Shown: positions 24,480 to 34,880 of the stretch, piece by piece
Layout of the letters: the number at the start of each line of letters is the position of its first letter
How positions within the stretch are numbered: the first letter of the stretch is position 1
Origin: Psammoneis japonica
Lineage: Eukaryota
Reading direction: 5' to 3'
Assembly (NCBI GenBank): GCA_008632985.1
Contig: QPGO01000388.1
Location: 1-34,880, forward strand
Length of the DNA: 34,880 nucleotides
Notes under the pieces: generated by a model
Seen by the model: only the letters and a program-made list of their open reading frames with translations
Database searches by the model: none
Told to the model about the DNA's origin: nothing
Program-made: the position numbers and the translations under genes

Positions 24480-25010
24480 TTGTCCATGGCGAAGATTCGG
24501 CTGCACTCTTCCTGTGTCAAGCCTCGATCTTTGATGATCAAATTGATCATTTCAAACATTTCTTGGATGTTTTCTTCATTGGCAGACCTTGTGACACACA
24601 ATCTTTCCCGACTCGTTTGCATCAATCATGTCAAATGCTTCACGAATCTCCTCCTTGGTCCTTGGAAAGGTGCACTTGATTTCGGTGCAAACCGCTTTCT
24701 TGAAGTCATGTCTGAGCACAAGTTCTCGAAGTCATCATGAAGCGTCGGGTCAGCATGAAAGAGCTGGTGCATTGCCTTGGCGGGCAGCATGGAAACCTTG
24801 CATGAGTCACTGATGCACTGGGCTGTGACACTGTGGGGCTTGCCAAAGTGGACAGTGCACTCACCCGTCATTTCACTCGGTCGCAACAACCGCACCTTGT
24901 GGCCATGAACGGAAATGTCAATGTCACCCTCCATCTTCATGCAGAGCTTGTTTCCCTTTTGACCTTCAGAAAAGATCTTGTCACCTGCAAGTTCTGAACA
25001 CTGCATTTTT
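24480..25010 (-). pseudogene. Hypermutated host-gene fragment: cyclic-nucleotide-binding domain followed by an EF-hand-like segment
   Basis: LAGDKIFSEGQKGNKLCMKMEGDIDISVHGHKVRLLRPSEMTGE...KPHSVTAQC is a cNMP-binding pattern; EENIQEMFEMIN follows. Confidence 0.65.
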
Positions 25011-25809
25011 TGTTGAGACTCAAAATTGCACTGGCTCGTTCTCGTCTCTCAGCCATGCCCAGAAAGGTCTCCTTGTCTGTTGCGACATGCTTTTCATGCA
25101 AGTTGCAAGAAACTTCCAACAAGTGCACCGGTGTCTTGCGGGTGTCAATGCCGTGCTGCTGGAGTGCTCGTCCTTGGCATTCATCAAGACGTCTTGTCTG
25201 AAAATCTCACCCGACCCTCACATTTTCTTGAAGCCATCCGTGAAGAAGCCAGCTTAAATTGACACGAGTCAGCTCTCATGTCATCATTCAAAAGGGGCGC
25301 AACTCACTCATTCACTTGTTCTGCTGTTCACATCATTGTGTCGTTCCACCAGCTGTGTTTTCCATTGAAAGGAACAAGTCAGTCGGAACAATGCATTCAG
25401 ACATTTGTGGAAGTCATGACTGCTGCATCTCAGTTGTTCACCTTGGGCGGCGTCTCGTTCTGTCACACAACAAAGGCACAAAGCGTGGCCACAAGGCTCA
25501 ATCCAACTCTCATTGGCCTGCACTGGCCAGAACCTTCTGTTTCACAGTGTCTGGCAAAGCGACAGCTTCCAACATGCCACGTGCCGTTTGCTCACCGTCA
25601 TCCTCTGTCCTCGCACCTCGCACCCCTCCCAAGGTCCCAAGGGGTGGCTGGGAGTGCGTCGCACCGCGAGCGAGCTCTGCTCCACATGGCTCTGCTCTCT
25701 GCTCTCTCTGCTCCACTGGGGCCCTACACCGCGACAGTGACTGGTGACCCAAAATGCCTCCGGGCCCCGAAACTCCTCTGGGTCCCAAAATTTCTCCACA
25801 ACACAAAAT

Positions 25810-27313
25810 GGACAGCTTGCCGAGTTTCATTTTTGGCATGCCAGTAGAAATTCAATGTGTTTCTACATGCGACAGTTTCTCACACATTCGCACGAACATC
25901 GCGAACTCTGCGAGCTCCAACACGAGAATGACGCGAAGCACCAAGAGTTTGTGAGAGAGCAAATGGTGTTGCTGGCACACTGTGAGTGCCAAGCAAAAAT
26001 GCCAAAACATTGTTGTCACATGACACATGGATGGTTGGTCTATCGACAGACAAAACAAATCGCCTTCAAAGCTGGTCAGAAGCTTCAACAGACTGCACAG
26101 CTGTTTGCATGTTGTTGGGTTGCAACAGAGGCCTGCGTTGCCCACTTTGAATCATTCTCAAATGATGACCACAGCCAACTCCTCCACCAATGTTACTGTC
26201 ATCTCCTGCATCAAGTTGCTGTTCAATTCAATCAATGCTCTCTGCAGCCGGAGAGCAAATGATGAGACTTCTGGCTCGTCCAACAAGATGACAACGATGC
26301 CGACTCGACAACTCGCCAGCATTTTTGTTTCAGTCACAGATTTGTCATGTGACTGGTTGATGTCCACAACCATGAATCTTTTCGAAAGCATTGCTTGTTT
26401 GCATCCACAAAGCAGAGCCCTCTAAACTGCTGCTGCTGCATGAAGAGAAGGACGACAAAGCAGAGCCAGTCACAGCCCCTGGATGAGCAACCATTTCAGA
26501 ACAAGTTTTCCTTGGGATCAGGCCAAATTCACTGTCACACCACCAATTTGAGCTCTTCTGAGTCATCCACACCGGTTGCATTTGCCAGAGTTCTGCCAAA
26601 GTAACTTCCAATGGGGCCAACGCGTCATTTGCGGTTCTTGCATCCACAGACACACATTCAGGGTGAGTCCTCCTTGGCCTCCAGCCAACTCCGCTGTCAT
26701 GCCAACACATTGAGAACTGCTGAGTCTTCCACACTGCATGCTGACGTCACAACACCGCTAAAGATGCTTCAAATGGGGTCAACACATCGTCGCAATGTCA
26801 ACACCGACCATTGTGCGTCATGTTGGTGGGTCCAGCGGCGTCTTTTTGTCGCGAAACAAAACCCCTGTAACGCGGTCACCATTGCTGAGTCTTCCATGCT
26901 GAATGCCAACGTCACAATGCCACCAAGGACACTTCAAATAGGATCAACACATCGTCGCAATGTCAACACCGACCATTGTGCGTCATGTCGATGGGTCCAA
27001 CGGCGTCCTTTCATGGCGAAACAAAGCCCCTGTGACTCGGTCACGACCGGCCATTTTCTTGAACCAGCTGTCAGTTGCATTCTAAGACTCCATGGTGAGG
27101 GAGACATGATGTGGCAAGGTAGCGTCAGAGTGCAAACAACGCCGCAGTGTCATCATCATTGTGAGTGCGGCATGCACGGGTAGGTCGCCGCACAAATTTG
27201 AAAGAGCTGATGGGTCCAACTGCCATTTCAGTACAAACGTACGTAGAAACTTGTATGTACAGATCTACACAACTTTGTACTGGCATGCCAAAAATGAACT
27301 CGGCAAGCTGTCC
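25810..27313. mobile_element. 1.5-kb non-autonomous TIR element with AT target duplication (ISL2EU/PHIS-like)
   Basis: TIR GGACAGCTTGCCGAGTT(T)CATTTTTGGCATGCCAGTA at 25810-25846 and inverted at 27278-27313; AT at 25808-25809 and 27314-27315. Confidence 0.8.
26718..27044. repeat. Tandem duplication, period 165 bp, two copies
   Basis: TGCTGAGTCTTCCA starts at 26718 and 26883; shared core TCAACACATCGTCGCAATGTCAACACCGACCATTGTGCGTCATGT. Confidence 0.95.
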
Positions 27314-27320
27314 ATTCCTA

Positions 27321-27406
27321 CCTCCGAGGCACAAAATTCCTCCGAGGCACAAAATTCCTCCGAGACACAAAATTCCTCCGAGACACAAAATTCCTCCGAG
27401 ACACAA
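27321..27406. repeat. 18-bp minisatellite CCTCCGAG(G/A)CACAAAATT, ~4.8 copies; diverged units also at 25746-25809
   Basis: Read directly from the sequence. Confidence 0.95.
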
Positions 27407-28299
27407 TTTTCAAGAACTGTGTTGTAACAAGAAAAACGATGGATCAAAATGACAGTCAAACAAAAGAAAAATCCGACACTGGTACTTGCGTCGTCTTCCT
27501 TTAACAGAGGTGGATGTTTCTATTTCGTATTCGTAATCGATTCGCTATACGTCACCCGATTCGTCGCTTGCCAAGATTTTAACTGGACTGTGACCACGTC
27601 TTTTGAGAGAATCAAACGACAATTCCTGTATTCTTGATTCATCCATCGAGTTGTTGCAGCGGCCACAAGAACTATTTTTCTGCCAACAAATGCAGGGGGG
27701 TTCACACGCTATCCAACGAATCAAGGCAAATACCAACACTACTATGGCAGTTGCTGGATAGGTGGATGCTATTTTAAAGGGTCTAGCCGAACTCGTAGAG
27801 GCTTACGAGAACCATGGCACTGGCATTACTCGAGACGGCGGCACAACAACAACAATAACAACCATCAAAAGAAGTGGCATTGAATGCCTTGTTGAAATTC
27901 ATCAATGGTCTCTGCCAAAAGAATATACAGTCTCGAGAGTCGGAGGCAGATGTACGGTATAAATAGCGGATCTCACGACGGCTTGTCGGTTGGTCATTCA
28001 ATTTGCAGGCAAGCAAATGAAACTTCTCCCGATGCGTGATTGGGACTTGATGGACTTTGGTCGTTCCAAGACCAATACAACTGCAAACTTGCCATATATA
28101 TATAGACGGAAACGATACAAATCAAATGGTTTTGGTTTGATTAATTGGATGATGGATCGATTTCAAGTAGTCATTTTGGCGGTGGTTCTCTCTTTCCTCA
28201 TGGACTAAAGGCATCTCCCAGCATGGACAACAACCATTAGAGACTACGAGTTATTGGTCCAATCATCAAGGCAGCAGTCAAGTCTACTATACTGCTTGG

Positions 28300-29364
28300 A
28301 TGCCGTTGTGGTTGCCCTATTTCTACTTGGCAATGTTGTGGTGTGCCCAATTCACTGCGTTTGCTTTCGGCGCTTTTGTCGGTCTAATGGTATCGGCGAG
28401 TCCGACACGTTTGACCAATTGTGCACGATCGGCACTCTCCATGTTGGCCCAAGGGTCGCTCTATTGGCAACACTTGTTTATTCCAGTCTTGTCACCTCAT
28501 TTACAACAGTACCTGGCGGCGCCCATGCCATATTTGATTGCGATTTTGATTGCCATTTCATTACAGGGTGTACCGGGAATTGGAGAAGTGCTCATTATGC
28601 ATTTGGATACGAATGAAATGGAAACACGAGGCATACCCGCATCGCAAGTATTCAACAAGATTCCTGACTTGTGTTGGAGAAGTATGCTCATGGAGACGAG
28701 CTTGGATACGTCGGGGAATTGTGAGTAATTTGGATTGTATATGGTTGGAGGAGATTTATTGTATTTTGTTTTGAAGAAGTATCCAAACAAGTACCAGCCA
28801 CCCGTGATGCTCCGCTTTTTTCCGTTGTTCGTATCAACACCGCGTCAGTCGAATCGAATCCACCAACTTTGATGTTCGCCGCGTTTGTAGGGAATTGGCC
28901 CAAACCAATCCGAGTCGGTTCTTGATCCAATCCAATGCGACGGCACGACGATTGGCCATGTCACTCACAAGCAATTCGGGATACCAAGGAGATTATCAAG
29001 AAGCATTGACACGATTGACGGAAAGTTGTCGTGAGGCGAGTGCCGTCTTGTTTGATGTCATGTCGGTCGTGTGGATGCGAATCCGTGATTCCAAGGGTAT
29101 GCAATGGAAACACGGATTGTACGCCTTGCATATTTTGCGGAATTTGATTCTGCACGGACCACTCGCAGCCGTGGCGGAAGCGACGGATGGTCTTGATAAG
29201 ATTCGTGCGTTAAAGTCACACAGTGATAGTTTGAGACCCAAACAAGCACAACAAGTCCGAGAGGCTGCGACGCAAGTGTATTCGCTCTTGGTGGATCGAG
29301 CCATGCTGTTTTGGGCAAGACGGGTTTGTGCCAATGCGCGGCGTGTCATGAAGAATTCGCCACA
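28300..29364 (+). pseudogene. Fragment of a DENN plus ENTH/VHS-like domain trafficking gene, cut at the duplication breakpoint
   Basis: SPTRLTNC...WQHLFIPVLSPHLQQYLAAPMPYLI (cDENN-like); VWMRIRDSKGMQWKHGLYALHILRNLILHGP...VREAATQVYSLLVD (ENTH-like). Confidence 0.7.
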
Positions 29365-29373
29365 AGCAGTGGC

Positions 29374-30897
29374 AGCAGTGGCAGCAGCAGCGGTGGCAAG
29401 AGTTGTGAAATTGTCGACACCAAAGACGATTGCGACGGACACTTTTTGGGTCCTGGTACCACCTGCGATAAGTGCCCTTCTCCTCCTCCTCCAAGCAGCA
29501 GCAGCAGCAGCAGCTCAAGCAGCAAGAGCAAGGGCAAGCATAGAACGTAGCTTTCAGTGGCAGCTTATATTGAGTAGTTCGTTAGTAGTAAAGGAAAAGA
29601 CCGGAGCGTCTGTTGACGAAAAGAAAGAAAAAAGAAAAAAATGATGGCAGACTTGTGGCAATGGTAAACCTTTTTTGTAATAATAGTTTCATACTTGTCG
29701 ACATGAGCATTGCGTGCTTCCAAATAATATATCAATCGACCTAGCAACAATACTCTAGAGCTCCCCGATCACGCGAACAAAAGCCTACTACTTTTGCAAT
29801 TTGAAATTCCATGAGGTGACACTCCTTGCGTGCTCGAAATGGGTGTCTTGATTCGAATGCTAGCTAGAGGGCATTGAAGTGAAACTCTTTGGGCAAACTC
29901 AATTCGGACCGAGCCTGAAATTTTAAGTCACTCTTTATAGGATTGTCAAGCGCCAAACCACGCAAACTACTAACTTTGAAACTAGACTACTCTCTTTCTC
30001 TCTAGCTAGAGCGTCCACCATGATTCAGTACTCACCCTACAGTAATTTTAGTCGCTCTTTGAATAGCATTGTCAGGCATAAACCATGCAAACTACTCACT
30101 CTAGACTACTCTCTAGTTAGCGCGTCCACTATAATAAAGAATAAAGCACTCTCCAAGCCGTAGCGTCGTCTCACTGTCTCACCATTACTACGTGACTATA
30201 CCACAACCACACATTCAACCACAACCACAACCACATCATCATCATCTCTCTCGCTCACACACTATTATTTCTTCTTGGCACCACTCACGTTATGCATAAA
30301 GACAACTATATCACCCTCTTGCATAACATAGGTCTTTCCCTCTTGTCTGTATTTACCCGCTTCCTTGACTTTCGCCATGCTCGCTTGTCCACCATGCAAT
30401 GCTTTAAAATCATCAAAATTGGCCACTTCCGCCTTGATGAAACCACGTTCAAAGTCGGAATGAATGACACCGGCGGCTTGGGGTGCCAAGGTGCCTTGCA
30501 TAATGGTCCAGGCCCGCACTTCCTTGGGTCCTGCCGTATAAAAGGATTGCAAACACAAGGCGGCACGACCCGAACGGATAATGCGGGGCAAGACGGATTT
30601 GCACACAAATTGTGGACCCGTCAAACCCAATGCCTTGGCCTCGTCTGTGCATTGATTGAGATAGGCTTGTTGGATATATAATAATATGAGAATGACAATT
30701 GTAGTGAGATTATTACAGTGCATTGCAATACAATACACACACCCATCTCATAAAAACAATACTACGGTATTTACCTTTCTGCGCCTCCTTGTCATCACCA
30801 ATATCGGCCAATTCTTGTTCAAATTCACACGACATGGGTATGATTTGTCCACCACCGTGTTCATTGACCCACTGTTGAATCTTGGGTAACCACTTGC
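29374..30897. repeat. Segmental direct duplication, copy 2
   Basis: Matches 17668-19126 with scattered substitutions and indels. Confidence 0.95.
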
Positions 30898-31663
30898 TTC
30901 CCTTGCGAATAAAGTTCTTTTTCGACATGTTGACAATGTAAACTTGTGGCTTGGTCGTAATCAAACCCCAATCCTTGATGATTTCCACTTCACCCATGGT
31001 AAAGTCATTACCCGTTTGGACGGGTGTGTTGGAATTAATGAGTTGATTGCATTTTTCAAAAGCCGATTCAAACACTTCACTCAAGGGTGGTTCGGCCGAT
31101 CGTGCCATGCCCTTTTCTTTTCGAATACGATCCTTTTCACGATCCACCACCTTTTCGAGAGTCTCTTTATCTTTTAAACACAATTCCGATTGGATTGTTT
31201 CCAAATCCCGAATCGGATCGACAGAATCATCGACATGAATGACTTCATCGGAATCAAACGCCCGTACCAATTGAAAAATCCCATCGACGGCAGCAATATG
31301 ACTCAAAAAGGCATTGCCCAATCCGGCACCCTCGGATGCACCCGCAATGAGTCCAGCAATATCAACAATTTTCAATACGGCCGGAACGACACTGGGTGGT
31401 TTGAATACTTGAGCCAAATATTTGAATTTCAAATCGGGTACAATACACGAAACGACATTGGGGTCAATGGTACAAAAGGGATAATTGGCAGCCTCGGCAT
31501 GATTGGCACCCGCCAAGAGATTGGTCAGTGTCGATTTGCCAACGTTGGGTAATCCAACAAACCCCATGCTGAGATTGTTCTTGACACGACCAAACCGAGC
31601 AGCCTTCATGAGACCCAAATCATCTCCGGATTGAGCATCTTTTTTCTTGTTTTTCGGTGGCAT
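30265..31663 (-). CDS. OLA1: Obg-like ATPase 1 / YchF (429 aa, 2 exons)
   Basis: GFVGLPNVGKST, ANYPFCTIDPN, DIAGL, GEGLGNAFL-like, FYTAGPKEVRAW, IHSDFERGFIKAE; exons 31663-30775 and 30665-30265. Confidence 0.97.
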
Positions 31664-32040
31664 GGTTGGAGAGTTTACAGAGAGAGAGAGAGTGTTGTGT
31701 GTTGGTGTTGTTGTTGTTGTTGTTGTCGTGACTCGTGACAAAAAGCAAAGATTGGCGGTATGGTACGTCCGTCCGTCGTCACAAAAACGACCGGCTCCGA
31801 TTATGAGCGTCTGTACGTCAACAGATTGAAGTTGAGATACTGTATGATGCGTACGTTGGGTCGTGCGCCACCCAAAGCACGTGCACGTAGCTTTCTACAG
31901 AGTATTCGGTATTATGTAGAAATGTACATAATTCAAGTACTATCAACGGTTCCGCGCTTTTTTTTCTCTTTCTCAGCACACACCACGCACTCTCATCATT
32001 GTTGTTGTTGTTGCTATCCTCCAATATATTCAAAACCACC
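31664..32040. promoter_or_regulatory. Probable bidirectional promoter between OLA1 and MTHFR
   Basis: 377 bp between head-to-head start codons; contains (GTT)n and (GA)n tracts. Confidence 0.55.
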
Positions 32041-33486
32041 ATGACGACAACGAAAGCGGCTGACCCCAAGATTATTGACTTGTTGAATCAACACAAGGAT
32101 GGAGATAAAACACTCTTGTCTTTGGAATTCTTTCCACCACGAACCGATGCCGGTGTCAAGGTAAAATGTTTGTTGTTGTTGTCGATATGACATCGTCGTC
32201 GTCTGTTGTTGTTGTAGATGTGCCGAATCATCCATCTCATATTACTATTCTTTTCGTTTGTTTCTATTCAAGAATTTATTTGCACGCATGGATCGCATGA
32301 GAGATACGGTCCAACCACTCTTTTCCGATGTCACGTGGGGTGCGGGTGGTTCTACGTCCGACCTAAGTTTGGAAATTGCCAAGTATTTGCATGATTCCGG
32401 TCATGTATCCAATATGCACTTGACATGTACCAACATGGAACGCCATGGAGATCCAATCGCAGCCGTCAAGGAGGCTTTACAAAAGGCACATGATGCGGGT
32501 ATTCGCAACATTGTAGCGTTGCGTGGTGATCCACCCGAAGGACAAGACGAATGGAAAGCGACCGAGGGTGGATTTACGTGTGCGTTGGATTTGGTCACGT
32601 ATATTCGTCAAGAATATGGAACTGAATTTGGAATTTCCGTAGCCGGGTATCCCGAGGGACATCCCAATGCCATTTCGAAAATGGACAATGCAGAAGAAAT
32701 GACGGATACGGAAAAGGCGCGGTCGTCGTGTTTTGATGGAATCACGTACACGTGCAAGGATGAAGATTACCAAAAGGAAATGGAGTATCTCAAACAAAAA
32801 GTGGATGCTGGAGCAGGTATGTTCTTTTGTTGTTGTTGTATTGGTATTCTTCTTCTTGTTCTCGGCGTTTCTCACTACTCTTTTTCTCTTTCTCTTTGGT
32901 CTTAGATTTTATAATTACACAAATGTTTTTTGACATTGATGTATTCAAAACCTTTTGTCATGATTGTCGTGACATGGGTATTACCGTCCCGATTGTTCCG
33001 GGTCTCATGTGCATCAATGCCTATCCGGGATTTCGAAAAATGACCAAATTTTGCAAAACACGTGTCCCCCAATGGCTCGATGAGAAAATGGAATCTCTCA
33101 AAAATGACGCGGATGCCGTCAAGGCATTTGGTGTCGAGTTTGGTGTACAAATTTGTCAACAAATTATCGATTCCAACGATTTGACGTCCGTGTTGCATTT
33201 TTATACATTGAATTTGGAAAAGGTCGTTTATGGCATTTTGGATGGTGTGGGATTGGCACAAAATGCTACCGGCAAAGCCAATGAAGCCGATGCCAAAGAC
33301 ATGGTGGCCATGGGCAGTGCGTGGGCGCGTGTGGGGGATACCATTACAAGTGTTTATGGACAGGGTATTGTCAAGGAAGTACGCAAGGGTGGAGTGGCTG
33401 TCGTGGAAATGAACAAATGGATCATGGCGGATGGACAAAAGCCAGTGGCGTATTTGCAAGGAGGACAATACAAAAAGGTGTTCTAG
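32041..33486 (+). CDS. MTHFR: Methylenetetrahydrofolate reductase (414 aa, 3 exons)
   Basis: SLEFFPPRT, DVTWGAGGST, MHLTCTN, NIVALRGDPP, VAGYPEGHP, KVDAGADFIITQMFFD, LHFYTLNLE; exons 32041-32160, 32273-32816, 32906-33486. Confidence 0.97.
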
Positions 33487-34084
33487 ATAGAGACGATAGC
33501 GAGTAGTAGTAGTATAGCTAGAGCGTGTTGTTGTTGAAATGAGTGGTTCCTGTAAAGTCTTGTTGTGTCATGGTGGTAGGATTAAACACTTCTTGAGACT
33601 TTCTCTCTCTCTCTCTCTCTCTTCAATGTGCCGCACGCAAGCAAGGTGCCGGGGTACAGTAGGGCCTAGTCTATCACAACTCACCTACATAGTCCTACTA
33701 TCTCTACCAATACGTGCCGTTCTAGAAAGATATTGATTCAGAAACCAAATATGAATGAACGGAAAAGGTACTGCTTTTTAAAATAGAGTTCACTAGAATG
33801 ACACGATTCATCTCTACTAAGGTTCGTTGGTATTAGTTGGAAATGTTACTGGTTTTGTAGGACATATCTACTTGGACTTTTAGAGTTAGAACCTAGTAGC
33901 TATGATGTGCAAATATCTCGAGCTACAGTAAAGTAAAGACTACAAGTACAGTGGAGACTGTAGCTCGACGACAGTGGAATGGAGAAAACAGACGTCAGAA
34001 GAAATACTCGTACTGTCCACTTTCCCACGCGCAGAAGACCTCACTAAAGAGAGAATTGCATGACATGGGCGTGACTCGGAGAAG

Positions 34085-34615
34085 CAGTGGCTTGATGCGC
34101 TTGTGAAATGGTCCATGATTGATGTCTTTGCCTGCTTGGTCATGTCTCTCACGTCTGCTGCTCTCCGCGCATCCATTGGAAAAGCTGGGATGTGGCATTT
34201 CTCACGGACGACAGCTTTTATTCGCTGAACCTGATGGTGGTCCCAAGCAATGTGGGGGTTGTGTGCCAACATGATTGCTCAGCTAATACCTCAAATCAGC
34301 TCGCGTTTCATCATCCACTGCTACATAACCGGGTGGTGGTGGCTGCCACATCGGCTCTTGAGCTCTCAAACTCGGCCTGAAAAGAAGGAGACGAAGCATT
34401 TGTCAACACTCCACGTCCGAAACCATTGTGGGGTGTTCCCCGGCTTTTACTACAATTCAACTTCAGCTTCCACCAGACTGTGCGGTCTTTCACTTGCCAA
34501 GTTTACCAGTCTGAAGCAAGCTTCCGTCAGTGAGTTCTGGCTGCCAAATCACATGTGGTTCGTCGCGTGTGATGGTGTGCCGCTAGGAGATGCGACACTG
34601 GATTTGTGCCAGTAG
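34085..34615 (+). pseudogene. Frameshifted PqiA-like membrane protein fragment
   Basis: WLDALVKWSMIDVF (PqiA-type WSMxDVF motif), then DDSFYSLNLMVVP and WGLCANMIAQLIPQISSRFIIH spread over different frames. Confidence 0.55.
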
Positions 34616-34880
34616 GAGATGCTCTAGTGCTCTTGTTTGTTCAGGAACAGTAACCGTTGCGGCCTCCACGATGCCGCAGCCATCATCCATCATTGTTAGA
34701 GCGTGCGAGGAGTGACAAACATACCGATTTTCTGGAGGGGTTCGGGGCCGTTAAATTATTACTGGGGCAATTGTGTACAGTATCACGTGGAAGAGAATAC
34801 CGTTGCTTGGCGGTTTGCGGACGCTCACTTTTTCGGCATTTTTTGTTTTGGCAAACAACACAACATCACCACATGATGGG

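Larger units (their letters stand above)
19127..27230. other. TpA-depleted hypermutated block B
   Basis: No RTAY seen by eye outside the MITE at 19250-19456; RTAY returns abruptly at ~27231 (GTACAAACGTACGTAG). Confidence 0.9.

Noticed and set aside
27321..27406. Short repeats suggestive of a CRISPR array
   Set aside because: Contiguous tandem 18-mers with no spacers, no cas genes, eukaryotic context

Overview
Eukaryotic genomic DNA with spliceosomal introns, most consistent with a pennate diatom (inferred from gene content and motifs). Two intact housekeeping genes are divergently transcribed at the right end: the OLA1/YchF ATPase and MTHFR. A 7-exon gene encodes a secreted protein with nine GACC cysteine repeats, an RxL propeptide site and a Ser/Gly/Lys tail. 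Another gene encodes a membrane protein with three SH3/Tudor-like modules. The rest is a mosaic of orphan gene fragments (VWA8, PDX1, YAK1, cNMP/EF-hand, DENN-ENTH, PqiA-like) and transposon relics. The strongest signal is two sharply bounded blocks (about 1.4-7.9 kb and 19.1-27.2 kb) in which TpA has apparently been converted to TpG/CpA. Conserved Tyr/Ile/Val codons of transposon proteins read as Cys/His/Thr/Ala, paired repeat copies differ as TA vs TG/CA, and a young hAT MITE inside one block retains its TpAs. This looks like a RIP-like, repeat-targeted A:T-to-G:C hypermutation process running opposite to fungal RIP. The second block lies within a ~10.2 kb insert flanked by a ~1.5 kb direct duplication. 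All family assignments are from motif recognition by eye, not database searches.
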